A stretch of 64,000 nt of DNA from an uncultured delta proteobacterium (GTDB lineage Bacteria > Desulfobacterota > Desulfobacteria > Desulfobacterales > UBA2156): the NCBI GenBank assembly GCA_963736855.1, contig CAVTQK010000021.1, positions 448,001 to 512,000 on the forward strand, written 5' to 3'. A program made the translations under genes and the position numbers. Each line of letters opens with the position of its first letter. Position 1 is the first letter of the stretch. Below, in pieces: positions 1 to 10,128 of this stretch. The notes beneath the pieces were generated by a model that had not been told where the DNA came from, did no database searches, and was given only the letters and a program-made list of their open reading frames with translations.

Positions 1-1095
1 AATTCCATTTCCAGACGCTATGTTCGCACGAATCTGGCCCTGGCTCGCCTGATTCAGTCATTTTTCCCGATGATGCTTTTCTTCGCCAACCTGAGCCTGA
101 TTCTTGTGCTCTTTCTGGGCGGACGACAGACTATTCGATTTGCCATCACCCCCGGCGATTTTGTAGCCTTTATCAGTTACCTGGGGCTGTTGACATGGCC
201 GATGATGGCTTTAGGCTGGGTGACCAATCTAATCCAGCGCGGGGGTGCTTCTCTGGAGCGGATTGAGAAAATCTTAAACACGCTTCCTGAAGTGGCCCCG
301 GTGGATCCGGAAAAAGCACGGGCTCCGGGAAACCTGGATCTGTCCTTTAAAGGGGTTTCCTTTTCTTATGCCGTCCGGAGTGAAGCAGAGAAAACACGCC
401 CGGCATTGGATCTCATCGATCTGGAGGTTCCGTATGGAACGGTTCTGGGTATCGTGGGTCCGCCGGGCTCCGGCAAATCGACCTTGATAAGCCTGATCCC
501 CCGTCTTTACGATGTGACGCACGGATCCGTCTTGTTGGGAAAAACCGATATCCGGGATATGGATCCGGGTTCCTTAAGGACTTATATCGCCTTCTTGCCT
601 CAGGAGGCATTTCTTTTCGCGGACACCATCGAGCAGAACATCACCCTCGGGAAAGCCGGGGTCACGGAGGAGATGGTTTGGGATGCCCTTAAGAAAGCGG
701 CCCTGGATTTAACCATCCAGGAATTTCCGGATCGGTTGAAAACTCTGGTGGGTGAAAGGGGAATCATTCTTTCAGGCGGTCAGAAGCAAAGAGTGGCACT
801 TGCACGGACCTTCCTCTTAGATGCCCCTATCCTGGTCTTGGATGATCCTATCAGCCAGGTGGATATGGCTACCGGTCACCGGATCATCCAAGGGATCTTT
901 TCTGATCCCCGAAAAAGGACGGTCATTATTGTCTCTCATCGACTTTCAGCCCTGCGTTTTGCAGACCGCATCATCGTGATGGATCAGGGACACATTGTCG
1001 CTTATGGAACCCATGCCGAACTCCTGGTTTCGAGCCCCTATTTCCTAAGAAACCACCAGCTACAGACCATCGAGGAAGAATTCGGTGTACGGTGA
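1..1095 (+). CDS. ABC exporter, fused TMD-NBD subunit (5'-truncated by window); degenerate-site half of a heterodimer
   Basis: Frame is open from base 1. Walker A GPPGSGKS, signature LSGGQKQR, Walker B LVLDD (catalytic Glu replaced by Asp), H-loop SHR. Confidence 0.9.
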   Translation, partial: NSISRRYVRTNLALARLIQSFFPMMLFFANLSLILVLFLGGRQTIRFAITPGDFVAFISYLGLLTWPMMALGWVTNLIQRGGASLERIEKILNTLPEVAPVDPEKARAPGNLDLSFKGVSFSYAVRSEAEKTRPALDLIDLEVPYGTVLGIVGPPGSGKSTLISLIPRLYDVTHGSVLLGKTDIRDMDPGSLRTYIAFLPQEAFLFADTIEQNITLGKAGVTEEMVWDALKKAALDLTIQEFPDRLKTLVGERGIILSGGQKQRVALARTFLLDAPILVLDDPISQVDMATGHRIIQGIFSDPRKRTVIIVSHRLSALRFADRIIVMDQGHIVAYGTHAELLVSSPYFLRNHQLQTIEEEFGVR

Positions 1096-3085
1096 TTTCG
1101 GCTATTTTGAGGAAGATCGGCTCGGAAAACCCGACAACCTGAAACTGGTCGGACGCTTATATCCGTACTCCAGGCCTTACCGATGGCTTTTCTTGCTGAC
1201 CATCGTCCTGGTTTTAATTTTGACCCTTTTGGATCTTGCCATCCCTTACGTGACCAAAGTTGCCATTGACCGTTACATCGTACCGGTATCGGATGCCTCA
1301 AACTCACATGAACCCTCACAAACTCAACCTTTAACGCGCAGCTATAGCGTCAATTTCGCAGACCCGGTGAATCAGGAAATCATCTCCCGATATCCGGAGC
1401 AATTCCTGGTGAAGGAAGGCACGGCAACGATTCCTTACGAACACCTTCGGTCAATGGATTCCGAAGATCTGAAAAAATTGCGTCAAAAAGACCTGTGGGG
1501 TGTGGGGATCGCCGCTGGAGTGCTTCTGGCTCTGGTCATCGCCAGCTTCGTTTTCAATTTCTTTCAGGTCATGGTCCTGGAATATACCGGTCAATCCATT
1601 ATGCATGACTTAAGGATCGCCCTCTTTACCCATATTGAAAACCAGATTTTAGCTTTTTTCACCAGAAATCCGGTAGGGCGGCTCGTTACCCGGGTCACCA
1701 ACGACGTACAGAATATGAACGAATTATTTACCTCGGTGATTGTTGTTATTTTCAAGGATCTCTTCCTGCTGTTCGGAATCGCTGCCGTGCTTCTCGTAAT
1801 CGACTGGAAATTGGCGCTGATCTCTTTTGCCATCCTGCCTCTTGTCGTTATCGCATCCTTCCGGTTTGCCAATCTGGCCCGGGATGCATTTCGGACACTG
1901 AGAATCAAACTCGCCGAAATCAACACGCATATCTCTGAGACCATTGCTGGCATTCGAGTGATCCAATTGTTTCGGCACGAAGCGAAAAATTTTCGGCAAT
2001 TCGAAAAGCTCAACCATGAAAACTTCATGGCGGGTATGCAGCAGATCCGTGTATTTGCCATTTTCATGCCGCTCATCGAACTCCTGGGAGCCGTCGCCAT
2101 TGCAGTCATTATCTACTTTGGCGGCGGGGCAGCGATATCCAGTCGCATCAGCCTGGGATCCCTCGTCGCATTTCTGTCCTACATGCGAATGTTCTTCAAC
2201 CCCATTCGAGATCTGGCCGAAAAATACAACGTGATGCAAAATGCCATGGCTTCTGCCGAACGGATATTCCTGATCCTGGATGCTCGGGAATCCCTTGAAA
2301 GGCCTCCTGTCGACACTCTTTCCGAGATCTCCTCGTATCTTGGCATTCAAAGCATAACTTTTGAAGACGTATCCTTCTACTATATGAAAGGAGAGCCGGT
2401 TCTGGATCGGGTCTCCTTTAAGGTTTTCCCCGGCAAAACCCTGGCCGTCATCGGCCCTACGGGATCCGGGAAAACCACACTGATCAACCTGATCCCTCGC
2501 TTTTACGATCCCGTATCCGGAAAAATATTAATAAACGGCATCGATTCGAGAAGGTGGGATCCTCATCTTTTGCGCAAAAAGATGGCATTGGTCACCCAGG
2601 ATCCGTTCCTCTTTTCCGGTACACTTTACGAAAATATTTTTCAGGGGACCGGAATTTCAGATGAAGAAGAAACTGTACGGATTTTGGAACAAGCCGGTTG
2701 CATGCCCCTGATCCGACGCCTTCCCGAGGGGATCCAAACCGCAGTTTCAGAGGGCGGGAAGTCGCTTTCAAGCGGGGAACGTCAGCTCGTCTCCATCGCC
2801 CGGGCACTTGCCAGGGATCCGGACCTTATCATTCTGGATGAGGCCACATCGTACATCGATTCCCAGACCGAATCCCTCATCCAAAACGCCCTGACCATCC
2901 TCACGACTGTAAAGACGTGCATCCTCATCGCCCACCGGCTTTCCACGGCCCGCAGAGCCGATCAGATCCTCGTCCTGAATCACGGCCGGGTGGTGGAATA
3001 TGGAGATCATGAAGCGCTGATGGACAAAAAAGGGTTTTATTTTCGATTGTACATATTACAAAGCGAAGAGCTCAATTTGCGTTGA
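1085..3085 (+). CDS. ABC exporter, fused TMD-NBD subunit (partner of the upstream gene)
   Basis: N-terminal TM helices, GPTGSGKT, degenerate signature LSSGERQ, canonical ILDEATS, AHRLST. Overlaps the upstream gene. Confidence 0.9.
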   Translation: MYGDFGYFEEDRLGKPDNLKLVGRLYPYSRPYRWLFLLTIVLVLILTLLDLAIPYVTKVAIDRYIVPVSDASNSHEPSQTQPLTRSYSVNFADPVNQEIISRYPEQFLVKEGTATIPYEHLRSMDSEDLKKLRQKDLWGVGIAAGVLLALVIASFVFNFFQVMVLEYTGQSIMHDLRIALFTHIENQILAFFTRNPVGRLVTRVTNDVQNMNELFTSVIVVIFKDLFLLFGIAAVLLVIDWKLALISFAILPLVVIASFRFANLARDAFRTLRIKLAEINTHISETIAGIRVIQLFRHEAKNFRQFEKLNHENFMAGMQQIRVFAIFMPLIELLGAVAIAVIIYFGGGAAISSRISLGSLVAFLSYMRMFFNPIRDLAEKYNVMQNAMASAERIFLILDARESLERPPVDTLSEISSYLGIQSITFEDVSFYYMKGEPVLDRVSFKVFPGKTLAVIGPTGSGKTTLINLIPRFYDPVSGKILINGIDSRRWDPHLLRKKMALVTQDPFLFSGTLYENIFQGTGISDEEETVRILEQAGCMPLIRRLPEGIQTAVSEGGKSLSSGERQLVSIARALARDPDLIILDEATSYIDSQTESLIQNALTILTTVKTCILIAHRLSTARRADQILVLNHGRVVEYGDHEALMDKKGFYFRLYILQSEELNLR

Positions 3086-3295
3086 AATCATTTTCCGGTT
3101 AGGCCATTTACAGGCCGGACAAAAAGCCTGATAACCGGTTCCGGTAAAATCTGTTATTTATTCCTTGCAAAAGGTTTTTTTAAATGATAGCGGTTCAACC
3201 TTTAGGGGAATTCCCCTATATCGATGAAAATTGTTTATCAAACGGGCTGTCAGAGCCCATTTTTAAAATGCAATCAAGACAAGGAGGCATGAAAC

Positions 3296-5062
3296 ATGGC
3301 GTACGACGCAACAAAGATGGCGGACTGGCAGATTTCGGAAGCAGCTGAAAAGAAGATGCCCACCCCGGAACAATGGCGGGAAAAACTGGGTCTAAAGAAG
3401 GACGAAATGCTTCCTATGGGTCAGGTTGATGCAGGACTGGATTTTTTAAAGATCATCGAGCGGCTCAAGGACAAACCGGACGGCAAGTACATCGAGGTGA
3501 CCGCGATTACCCCTACACCGCTGGGCGAAGGCAAGAGCACCACTTCCTGCGGTCTCATGGAAGGCCTCGGCAAACGAGGTGTGAATGTCGGCGGTTGTCT
3601 GCGGCAGCCATCGGGCGGCCCGACCATGAACATCAAAGGGACCGCAGCCGGCGGCGGCAACGCCCTTCTGATTCCCATGACCGAATTTTCCATGGGTTTA
3701 ACCGGCGACATCAACGACATCATGAACGCTCACAACCTGGCCCTGGTGGCCTTAACCGCCAGAATGCAGCACGAGCGGAACTACAACGACGAACAGCTCG
3801 CACGCCTTACCCGTATGCGCCGGTTGAACGTCGATCCTACCCGCGTGGAGATGGGCTGGATCATGGACTTCTGCGCCCAGTCCTTGCGAAACATCATCAT
3901 CGGCATGGGCGGTCGACAGGACGGTTTCCTGATGCAGTCCAAGTTCGGGATTGCGGTAAGCTCCGAGCTGATGGCGATTCTTTCCATCGTGCGCGACCTG
4001 GCTGACCTGAAGGAAAAACTCAACAATATCACAGTGGCCTTTGATAAGAGCGGCAAGGTGATCACCACCCGAGACCTTGAGGTCGGTAATGCCATGACCG
4101 CCTGGATGCGCAACACCATTAACCCGACCCTCATGTCCACAGTCGAATACCAGCCTCTAATGGTTCATGCCGGGCCGTTTGCCAACATCGCCGTGGGCCA
4201 GTCCTCGATCATCGCCGACCGGGTCGGTCTGAAAATGTTCGACTATCACGTGACCGAGTCCGGCTTCGGCGCCGACATCGGCTTCGAAAAATTCTGGAAC
4301 GTCAAGTGCCGTTACAGCGGCCTGAAACCCCATGTTTCCGTGCTCACCACCACCATCCGGGCTCTCAAGATGCACGGCGGCGGACCCAAGGTCGTGGCCG
4401 GCCTGCCGCTGCCCAAAGATTATCAGAAAGAAAACCTGAGCCTGCTGGAAAAAGGCGCAGCCAACATGGTACAACACATCAACACCATCCGGATGTCCGG
4501 CATCAACCCGGTGGTCTGCATCAACTGCTTCCACACCGACACCAAGGACGAAATCGCCATGGTGCGCAAACACGCCGAGAAAGCAGGCGCGCGCTGTGCG
4601 GTTTCCACCCACTGGGCCAACGGCGGCGACGGCGCCCTGGAACTCGCCGACGCAGTCATAGATGCCTGTAAAGGTAAGCCCGAGTTTAAATTTCTGTATC
4701 CGCTGGAAATGAAGCTGCGCGAACGCGTAAACCTGATTGCCAAGAACGTTTACGGCGCAGCTGGTGTGGCCTGGACGCCTGATGCCGAGGCCAAGGCCAA
4801 GATGCTCGAGGCCGAATCCAAGTATGACGATTACACCACCATGATGGTCAAGACCCATCTGTCCCTGACCCATGATCCGGCAGTCAAGGGTACTCCCAAA
4901 GGCTGGACCCTGCCCATCCGCGACGTGCTGATCTTCTCCGGCGCCAAGTTCCTGTGCCCCTGCTGCGGCACCATCAGCCTGATGCCCGGAACCAGTTCAG
5001 ACCCGGCTTTCCGCCGCGTGGATGTCGACGTCAAAACCGGAAGAGTTTCCGGCCTCTTCTAA
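3296..5062 (+). CDS. fhs: formate--tetrahydrofolate ligase
   Basis: [52 protein letters not shown]. Strong RBS AAGGAGG upstream. Confidence 0.97.
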   Translation: MAYDATKMADWQISEAAEKKMPTPEQWREKLGLKKDEMLPMGQVDAGLDFLKIIERLKDKPDGKYIEVTAITPTPLGEGKSTTSCGLMEGLGKRGVNVGGCLRQPSGGPTMNIKGTAAGGGNALLIPMTEFSMGLTGDINDIMNAHNLALVALTARMQHERNYNDEQLARLTRMRRLNVDPTRVEMGWIMDFCAQSLRNIIIGMGGRQDGFLMQSKFGIAVSSELMAILSIVRDLADLKEKLNNITVAFDKSGKVITTRDLEVGNAMTAWMRNTINPTLMSTVEYQPLMVHAGPFANIAVGQSSIIADRVGLKMFDYHVTESGFGADIGFEKFWNVKCRYSGLKPHVSVLTTTIRALKMHGGGPKVVAGLPLPKDYQKENLSLLEKGAANMVQHINTIRMSGINPVVCINCFHTDTKDEIAMVRKHAEKAGARCAVSTHWANGGDGALELADAVIDACKGKPEFKFLYPLEMKLRERVNLIAKNVYGAAGVAWTPDAEAKAKMLEAESKYDDYTTMMVKTHLSLTHDPAVKGTPKGWTLPIRDVLIFSGAKFLCPCCGTISLMPGTSSDPAFRRVDVDVKTGRVSGLF

Positions 5063-5081
5063 CAAACGTCTCTGAACCTCT

Positions 5082-5127
5082 CAAAAACACGGAGGGTCTG
5101 CGATGATGCAGACCCTCCGTGTTTTTG
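5082..5127. terminator. bidirectional intrinsic terminator between convergent fhs and ispD
   Basis: Perfect 20 bp inverted repeat caaaaacacggagggtctgc-gatgat-gcagaccctccgtgtttttg with A/T tails on both sides. Confidence 0.85.
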
Positions 5128-5190
5128 TCCGGCCCGAAACGCTTTGAAAACTTTCAATAAACCCTACTCTTGAAACCGTAAATCCTCCGC

Positions 5191-5913
5191 CTACAGTTGT
5201 TTTCCCGAGTGTCGGAAAACATCAGGACGTATTTGACTTCGCAAAGCCTTAGCCATGCTCAGATCTTCCGGTGTGGTGACCTTGATGTTGAACCTGCTGC
5301 CGCGTACCAGTTTCACCGGATACCCTGCCCGTTCGACCAGATGAGCGTCGTCCGTGGCCAACACCCCTTCCCGTTTGGCCTTCTCATGAGCATCTCGAAT
5401 GATATCGTACCGGAAGGATTGAGGGGTTTGAGCGATCCACACACCCTTCCTGTCAATGGTTTCACGGACCTTAAGGGACTCGTCGACTCTCTTAAGTGTA
5501 TCGGTGGCGGGAATCGCTAAAACAGCCGCACCGTTCGATTCGGCGCAATGAATAGTCTCGCTGATATGCTGCGAAAGCACAAAAGGACGTACACCGTCGT
5601 GTATCGCCACAATAGATGATATGCCCTCAGCGACCAAGAGGGCGCTATATACCGAATCCTGGCGCTCTTCCCCTCCGGGAATCAGTTCCACGGAGTGTTC
5701 AAGAGATATTGGCTGAAGGATGCACTGTTTACAGAATTCTTTATCCTCGTCGGGGATTACCATTAAAATCCGATCGATCTCCGGGCATGCATCGAAAGCC
5801 AGCAAACAGTGACACAGCATAGGCAGCCCATCAAGGATCAGATACTGCTTCCGGATTTTGGCCTGCATGCGGATCCCCTTGCCGGCTGCGACGATAATCC
5901 CGATGGTTTCCAT
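5191..5913 (-). CDS. ispD: 2-C-methyl-D-erythritol 4-phosphate cytidylyltransferase
   Basis: AAGKGIRM..KQY, GGEERQDSV, IHDGVRP, QTPQSF, TDDA, NIKVTTPED. Start trimmed to METIG at 5913. Confidence 0.95.
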   Translation of the reverse strand: METIGIIVAAGKGIRMQAKIRKQYLILDGLPMLCHCLLAFDACPEIDRILMVIPDEDKEFCKQCILQPISLEHSVELIPGGEERQDSVYSALLVAEGISSIVAIHDGVRPFVLSQHISETIHCAESNGAAVLAIPATDTLKRVDESLKVRETIDRKGVWIAQTPQSFRYDIIRDAHEKAKREGVLATDDAHLVERAGYPVKLVRGSRFNIKVTTPEDLSMAKALRSQIRPDVFRHSGKQL

Positions 5914-5947
5914 ATGTGATGGGGTTATGCCAAAGGGAGGTATGGAA

Positions 5948-7282
5948 TCAAACAAGGTAGCGGAGTTCTTTGGGAAGAGGGACACCCTTGCCCATGGTAT
6001 CCTCGCCGTAATTCACGCTTGCCAGGATTTCGATATCTTTTAGTGCCCTGCTATCCCCTTCAAATCGGACTGCCGTGATTTGTTCTTTCTGGATCTTTCC
6101 CCCTGCCCACTGGATATCGAGAACACTGCCGGCATCGAAACGGTCCTCCCCCACGCACAGTTCTACATGACCGCCGTAGTGCTGGACAATCTTTGCGACC
6201 AAAAGGCTCGGCCTGGCATGGAACCCCAAGCTGATCGGAATACCCACTGTGATGGACCCCCGTTCGATGTTTTCATTCAGAATCTCGCGGGCCAGAGTCT
6301 TTCCTCCAGTCAGAAAATGGCAGGTGTAAAACAGACAACAGTTGATAATCCGATCCAGGAGGATATCCGGATGGACAAGGTCGACCATGCGTTCCCGTAC
6401 CTGCTGATAAACATGTTTGTACCCCGCATCGAAAAGATGACGTTCATAAAAATGTAAAAGGTGTCCCGCAGTCTGGAGCAGGTGAAAAACCAGGGAAAAA
6501 TATCCCCGAAGCTGTTTAAGCTTTCTGTTGCCGAACCGATAGCCGCCATGAATCACATACGTATCAAAAGCGGACTGCAGGTTGTGCACCAGCATTTCGA
6601 ATCGCCGGATTTCCACCTCGTTGATCTTGGAGGGAATAATTTGCCGTATCTCCTCCACGTTGTAGTGCTTGAATATCCCGAGATGATCTACGGCTTCCGC
6701 CACCTGAAGGAATTCACTGGCGATTTTGACGATATTTTTCTTCTGTTGATCTTTGTTGAGATCATCGATGTCGAATTCCAGCAACTCGCTTGTGGCAACT
6801 CCCGGAAATGCCGAAGCATCGAAACCCTTCTCCGGCAGGGAAATCTCCAAACGCTTCCCCTCCTCCAGAATGACCGGCGCCAGCTTCAGGATCGATGCCT
6901 TGATGAACTGATGGGTCGCATGTCGTTCCCGGTCGAAGTCTTCCGTATCCGGCAGATCGTAAAACCGGATCCGATTCGAAATGTGCTGCTGGGAGTAGCC
7001 ACTCAGGCTTAAATGACGAATAGCGGCGGACAGCTCCCGGTAGAAATACCAGTTGCTGCTGTTCTTTGCGCCATGGAAATCGAGCAAATCCTCGAGGAGT
7101 TGAGAAGAAAAAATCAATGTGGCATAAAGCTTTTTGGTAAAAACCAGCACCGCCGAAGACTGGTTCCTCAAATAAAGGCAACATTTCAGGTAGTCATAGG
7201 AAAAAATCCTGACCTTCTCTCCAAAGGATATTTTGTATATTTTCTTTCCGTTTTCAATTTCCTGGAACATGGCCTTTGCCAC
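5948..7282 (-). CDS. large protein with C-terminal HPr (PTS phosphocarrier) domain
   Basis: C-terminal GFHARPS (His15-like) and DAGSVLDI (Ser46-like). Probable GTG start at 7282 after AGGAG; the longer ORF-track start overlaps rnpB. Confidence 0.75.
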   Translation of the reverse strand: MAKAMFQEIENGKKIYKISFGEKVRIFSYDYLKCCLYLRNQSSAVLVFTKKLYATLIFSSQLLEDLLDFHGAKNSSNWYFYRELSAAIRHLSLSGYSQQHISNRIRFYDLPDTEDFDRERHATHQFIKASILKLAPVILEEGKRLEISLPEKGFDASAFPGVATSELLEFDIDDLNKDQQKKNIVKIASEFLQVAEAVDHLGIFKHYNVEEIRQIIPSKINEVEIRRFEMLVHNLQSAFDTYVIHGGYRFGNRKLKQLRGYFSLVFHLLQTAGHLLHFYERHLFDAGYKHVYQQVRERMVDLVHPDILLDRIINCCLFYTCHFLTGGKTLAREILNENIERGSITVGIPISLGFHARPSLLVAKIVQHYGGHVELCVGEDRFDAGSVLDIQWAGGKIQKEQITAVRFEGDSRALKDIEILASVNYGEDTMGKGVPLPKELRYLV

Positions 7283-7390
7283 TCGTAGACTCCTGACTGA
7301 ATTGCACCCTGAAATCCGGGGATCCGAGACCCTCATCTGATGAAAAAAGAGAATGAAGCGACATGTCGAATCGTTCCGGGAAAAGATAAT

Positions 7391-7773
<383 letters not shown>

Positions 7774-7784
7774 AAGTTTTCAGA

Positions 7785-8534
7785 TCAGTCCTTCGGCACC
7801 GAAAACTCTTCTTCGATAATGATCTCCTCTTTTTTAGTCCAATATATCATCCTCTGGCAATGGGGACAATAGGCGATTTCGTCTTTTTGTTGGAGTTCGT
7901 TGTACATCTGAGGCGGGATATTCATATGGCATCCGTGACACACGGCATTTTTCGCTGCCGCCACTGCCACGTCCCCCACCCGTCCTTTGATCAACAGGTA
8001 TTCTTGCACCAAGTCCGCAGGGATTTTTCCAGAGATCTCTTGTCGGCTTTCAAGGATACTATCCAGTTGCTTTTCGACATCCTCCCTTTCAAGTGCTATC
8101 CTCGTTTTTTCTCTCTCGGCCTGGAGTTCGAACGAATGGCATTCCTCTGTTTTCGCTTTGAGTTCCGCTTCTTTCTTTTCAATATTTTCTAAATATTCCA
8201 GCATCACATCTTCCATAGACCAGATCTTATTTTTTTGATCATCGATCTCTTTAAGCATTGATTGGTACTCCCGGTTGGTCTTGACAGATCTCAATGAGAC
8301 CTCACTTTTTTGAAGACGGGCCTGAACCGTCTGAACATCCGATTCCATGGAGCGATACGCTTTACGCATTTCGTTGAGCGCATCTTTTGTCTTTTCTAAA
8401 ATTTCCTTTAAAGATATAAATTCCTCATCCAGGCGATTAAATTGCTGGGCTAACACCTTGAGTTTTTCTTGAGTCTTATGGATATGAATTTCAAGGTGTT
8501 GAAGTGTCAGGAGTATCTTCAATTGTTCGTTCAT
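7785..8534 (-). CDS. coiled-coil protein with C4-type zinc ribbon (DUF164/COG1579)
   Basis: Long coiled coil, VKTNREY motif, CHGCHMNIPPQ..CPHCQR. Usual position between nif3 and rnpB. Confidence 0.9.
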   Translation of the reverse strand: MNEQLKILLTLQHLEIHIHKTQEKLKVLAQQFNRLDEEFISLKEILEKTKDALNEMRKAYRSMESDVQTVQARLQKSEVSLRSVKTNREYQSMLKEIDDQKNKIWSMEDVMLEYLENIEKKEAELKAKTEECHSFELQAEREKTRIALEREDVEKQLDSILESRQEISGKIPADLVQEYLLIKGRVGDVAVAAAKNAVCHGCHMNIPPQMYNELQQKDEIAYCPHCQRMIYWTKKEEIIIEEEFSVPKD

Positions 8535-8580
8535 TTTCCATCCGATCTGTGGTTTAAACACACATCTCTGTTCTTATCTT

Positions 8581-9387
8581 TCATAAAACGGTAAAAGGAT
8601 CGGTCTCCATAGGGCAATGCTGAACGATAACATCGAAATCATTTCGATGGATCGATTCCTGAAGGCGGCTTATCCACACCTCAATGAATAAATATTCGGA
8701 ATGAAAATGACCGATATCGATGAGACCTCGGCCGTAATCTTGAATCCGCCTGGCATCGTGATATTTGAGGTCTCCACTCACAAAGACATCGGCATCCGAG
8801 CCAAGAAATACGTCCAGAAGACCGGACCCGCTCCCTGCACACAGGGCTACCTTGTGGATTGCCATCTTCGGATCACCGGAAAACCGGATATGGGAAAGGC
8901 CCAGGTTTTTTTTGAGCATTTTCACATAGGCTTTGAGTAGTCGGGGAGTATCCAAAATACCCATCCGGGAATACCCGCCCTTTTCGCCATTTTGTTCCGC
9001 ATCCATGATGACCGGATCGCGCAATCCAAGCCTATCCGCCAATATATCATTGACCCCGCCTTTGATACGGTCCAGGTTGGTATGGGCTGAATAGACGGCG
9101 AGACGATGCCTGACCGTTTTTTCGAGAATATGACCGATGGGAGTTGCGAGGTCGAGGGTTTTGAGGGGTCTGAAAAGGAGCGGGTGGTGGGTGATAAGCA
9201 TGTCGATTCGGCTTTTCACGGCCTTGTCGATGACAGTCCTCGTTGCGTCCAAAGCCACCCAGATCTTGCGCACCGACCAGTCCCGGTCACCCACTTGAAG
9301 TCCCACATTATCCCATGTCTCTGCCAAGCCGGGAGGCGTTTCTTGTTCTATGAGACGGGCGATATCATGGACGGTAGCAGTCCTCAT
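8581..9387 (-). CDS. Nif3-like dinuclear metal centre protein (YbgI family)
   Basis: AETWDNVGLQVG, ITHHPLLF, HTNLD, GDLKYH, DIGHFHSE. Start trimmed to MRTATV because the longer ORF overlaps the tRNA. Confidence 0.92.
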   Translation of the reverse strand: MRTATVHDIARLIEQETPPGLAETWDNVGLQVGDRDWSVRKIWVALDATRTVIDKAVKSRIDMLITHHPLLFRPLKTLDLATPIGHILEKTVRHRLAVYSAHTNLDRIKGGVNDILADRLGLRDPVIMDAEQNGEKGGYSRMGILDTPRLLKAYVKMLKKNLGLSHIRFSGDPKMAIHKVALCAGSGSGLLDVFLGSDADVFVSGDLKYHDARRIQDYGRGLIDIGHFHSEYLFIEVWISRLQESIHRNDFDVIVQHCPMETDPFTVL

Positions 9388-9456
9388 GTCTGTTTCAGTG
9401 ACGGCTTTTTTCTTTGAAATATTCCCGGGTGTATTTTTTTGATCAGATATAAAAAA

Positions 9457-9529
9457 TGGGCCCACCTGGATTCGAACCAGGGACCGACCGGTTATGAGCC
9501 GGTGGCTCTACCAGCTGAGCTATGGGCCC
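9457..9529 (-). tRNA. tRNA with CAT anticodon, most likely tRNA-Ile2 (lysidine-modified)
   Basis: GGGCCCATAGCTCAGCTGGTAGAGCCACCGGCTCATAACCGGTCGGTCCCTGGTTCGAATCCAGGTGGGCCCA. Lacks initiator features; lies downstream of rpoD like E. coli ileX. CCA is not encoded. Confidence 0.93.
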
Positions 9530-9692
9530 ACGCCCTTGAATCGCTCTATCAATCTCAATTTCCGCAACTCGTTGCGGGGTTAGCGAGCGATTAACTTGGA
9601 TCAAAATCCATTACGGTCGAAGTTCTCTCGCTGCTTTGAGCAAAAAGTTTTAATTTGGTTCTTATCTTTGGATTCTCATCTTGTCAATGATT

Positions 9693-9845
9693 GATGGCTT
9701 CGTAAAAAGTCCATCTGCTGCGTTGCACTGCATCCTTTGTCATTGCGGCGTACCCATATGTACGCCTCATTTCTCAGGATTTGCGCGCCTTGCATCTGAA
9801 GCTTTTTACTTTGCCATCCTAATTTTAAGTTTTTACGATTTCATC
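9693..9845. mobile_element. 153 bp MITE-like repeat, copy 1
   Basis: Imperfect terminal inverted repeats gatggcttcgtaaaaa / tttttacgatttcatc, flanked by direct repeat aatgatt. Near-identical to 43015-43167 and 60127-60279. Confidence 0.85.
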
Positions 9846-10128
9846 AATGATTGGGTGAATTCAAACCGGGTGCGGTGCGTCTGGTTGCAGCAGCACTCTA
9901 TGGGTTGCTGCCATGCCCCTGTCTTCCACCTCTAACAGCTGAAAGATTGAAGAGCCTGTATCAAGCTGCGTGAAATTCTATAGCGCAAGGCTTTTCGATC
10001 CATTTCAAGATTCGTTTGTTAACCCAGCAGTCCCACCGCAGCAGAACGGGGAATGCGCCCGCCGTTGCAGTTTAAAGCACCCTCTCCATGGGTGGCCAGT
10101 GACCCCCGATGGTAAGGATAATCCGCGA

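Noticed and set aside
3086..3295. Possible ZTP or THF riboswitch upstream of fhs; palindrome taggggaattccccta
   Set aside because: No recognisable riboswitch consensus. The palindrome may be an operator, but I cannot support that.
9681..9935. 84 aa ORF (MSMIDGFVKSPSAAL...) and its look-alike at 42976-43182
   Set aside because: Both are translations of the MITE-like repeat, not independent genes.
9850..10128. Possible structured ncRNA between rpoD and the MITE
   Set aside because: Only short GC hairpins; no family consensus (6S, SRP, tmRNA) recognised.
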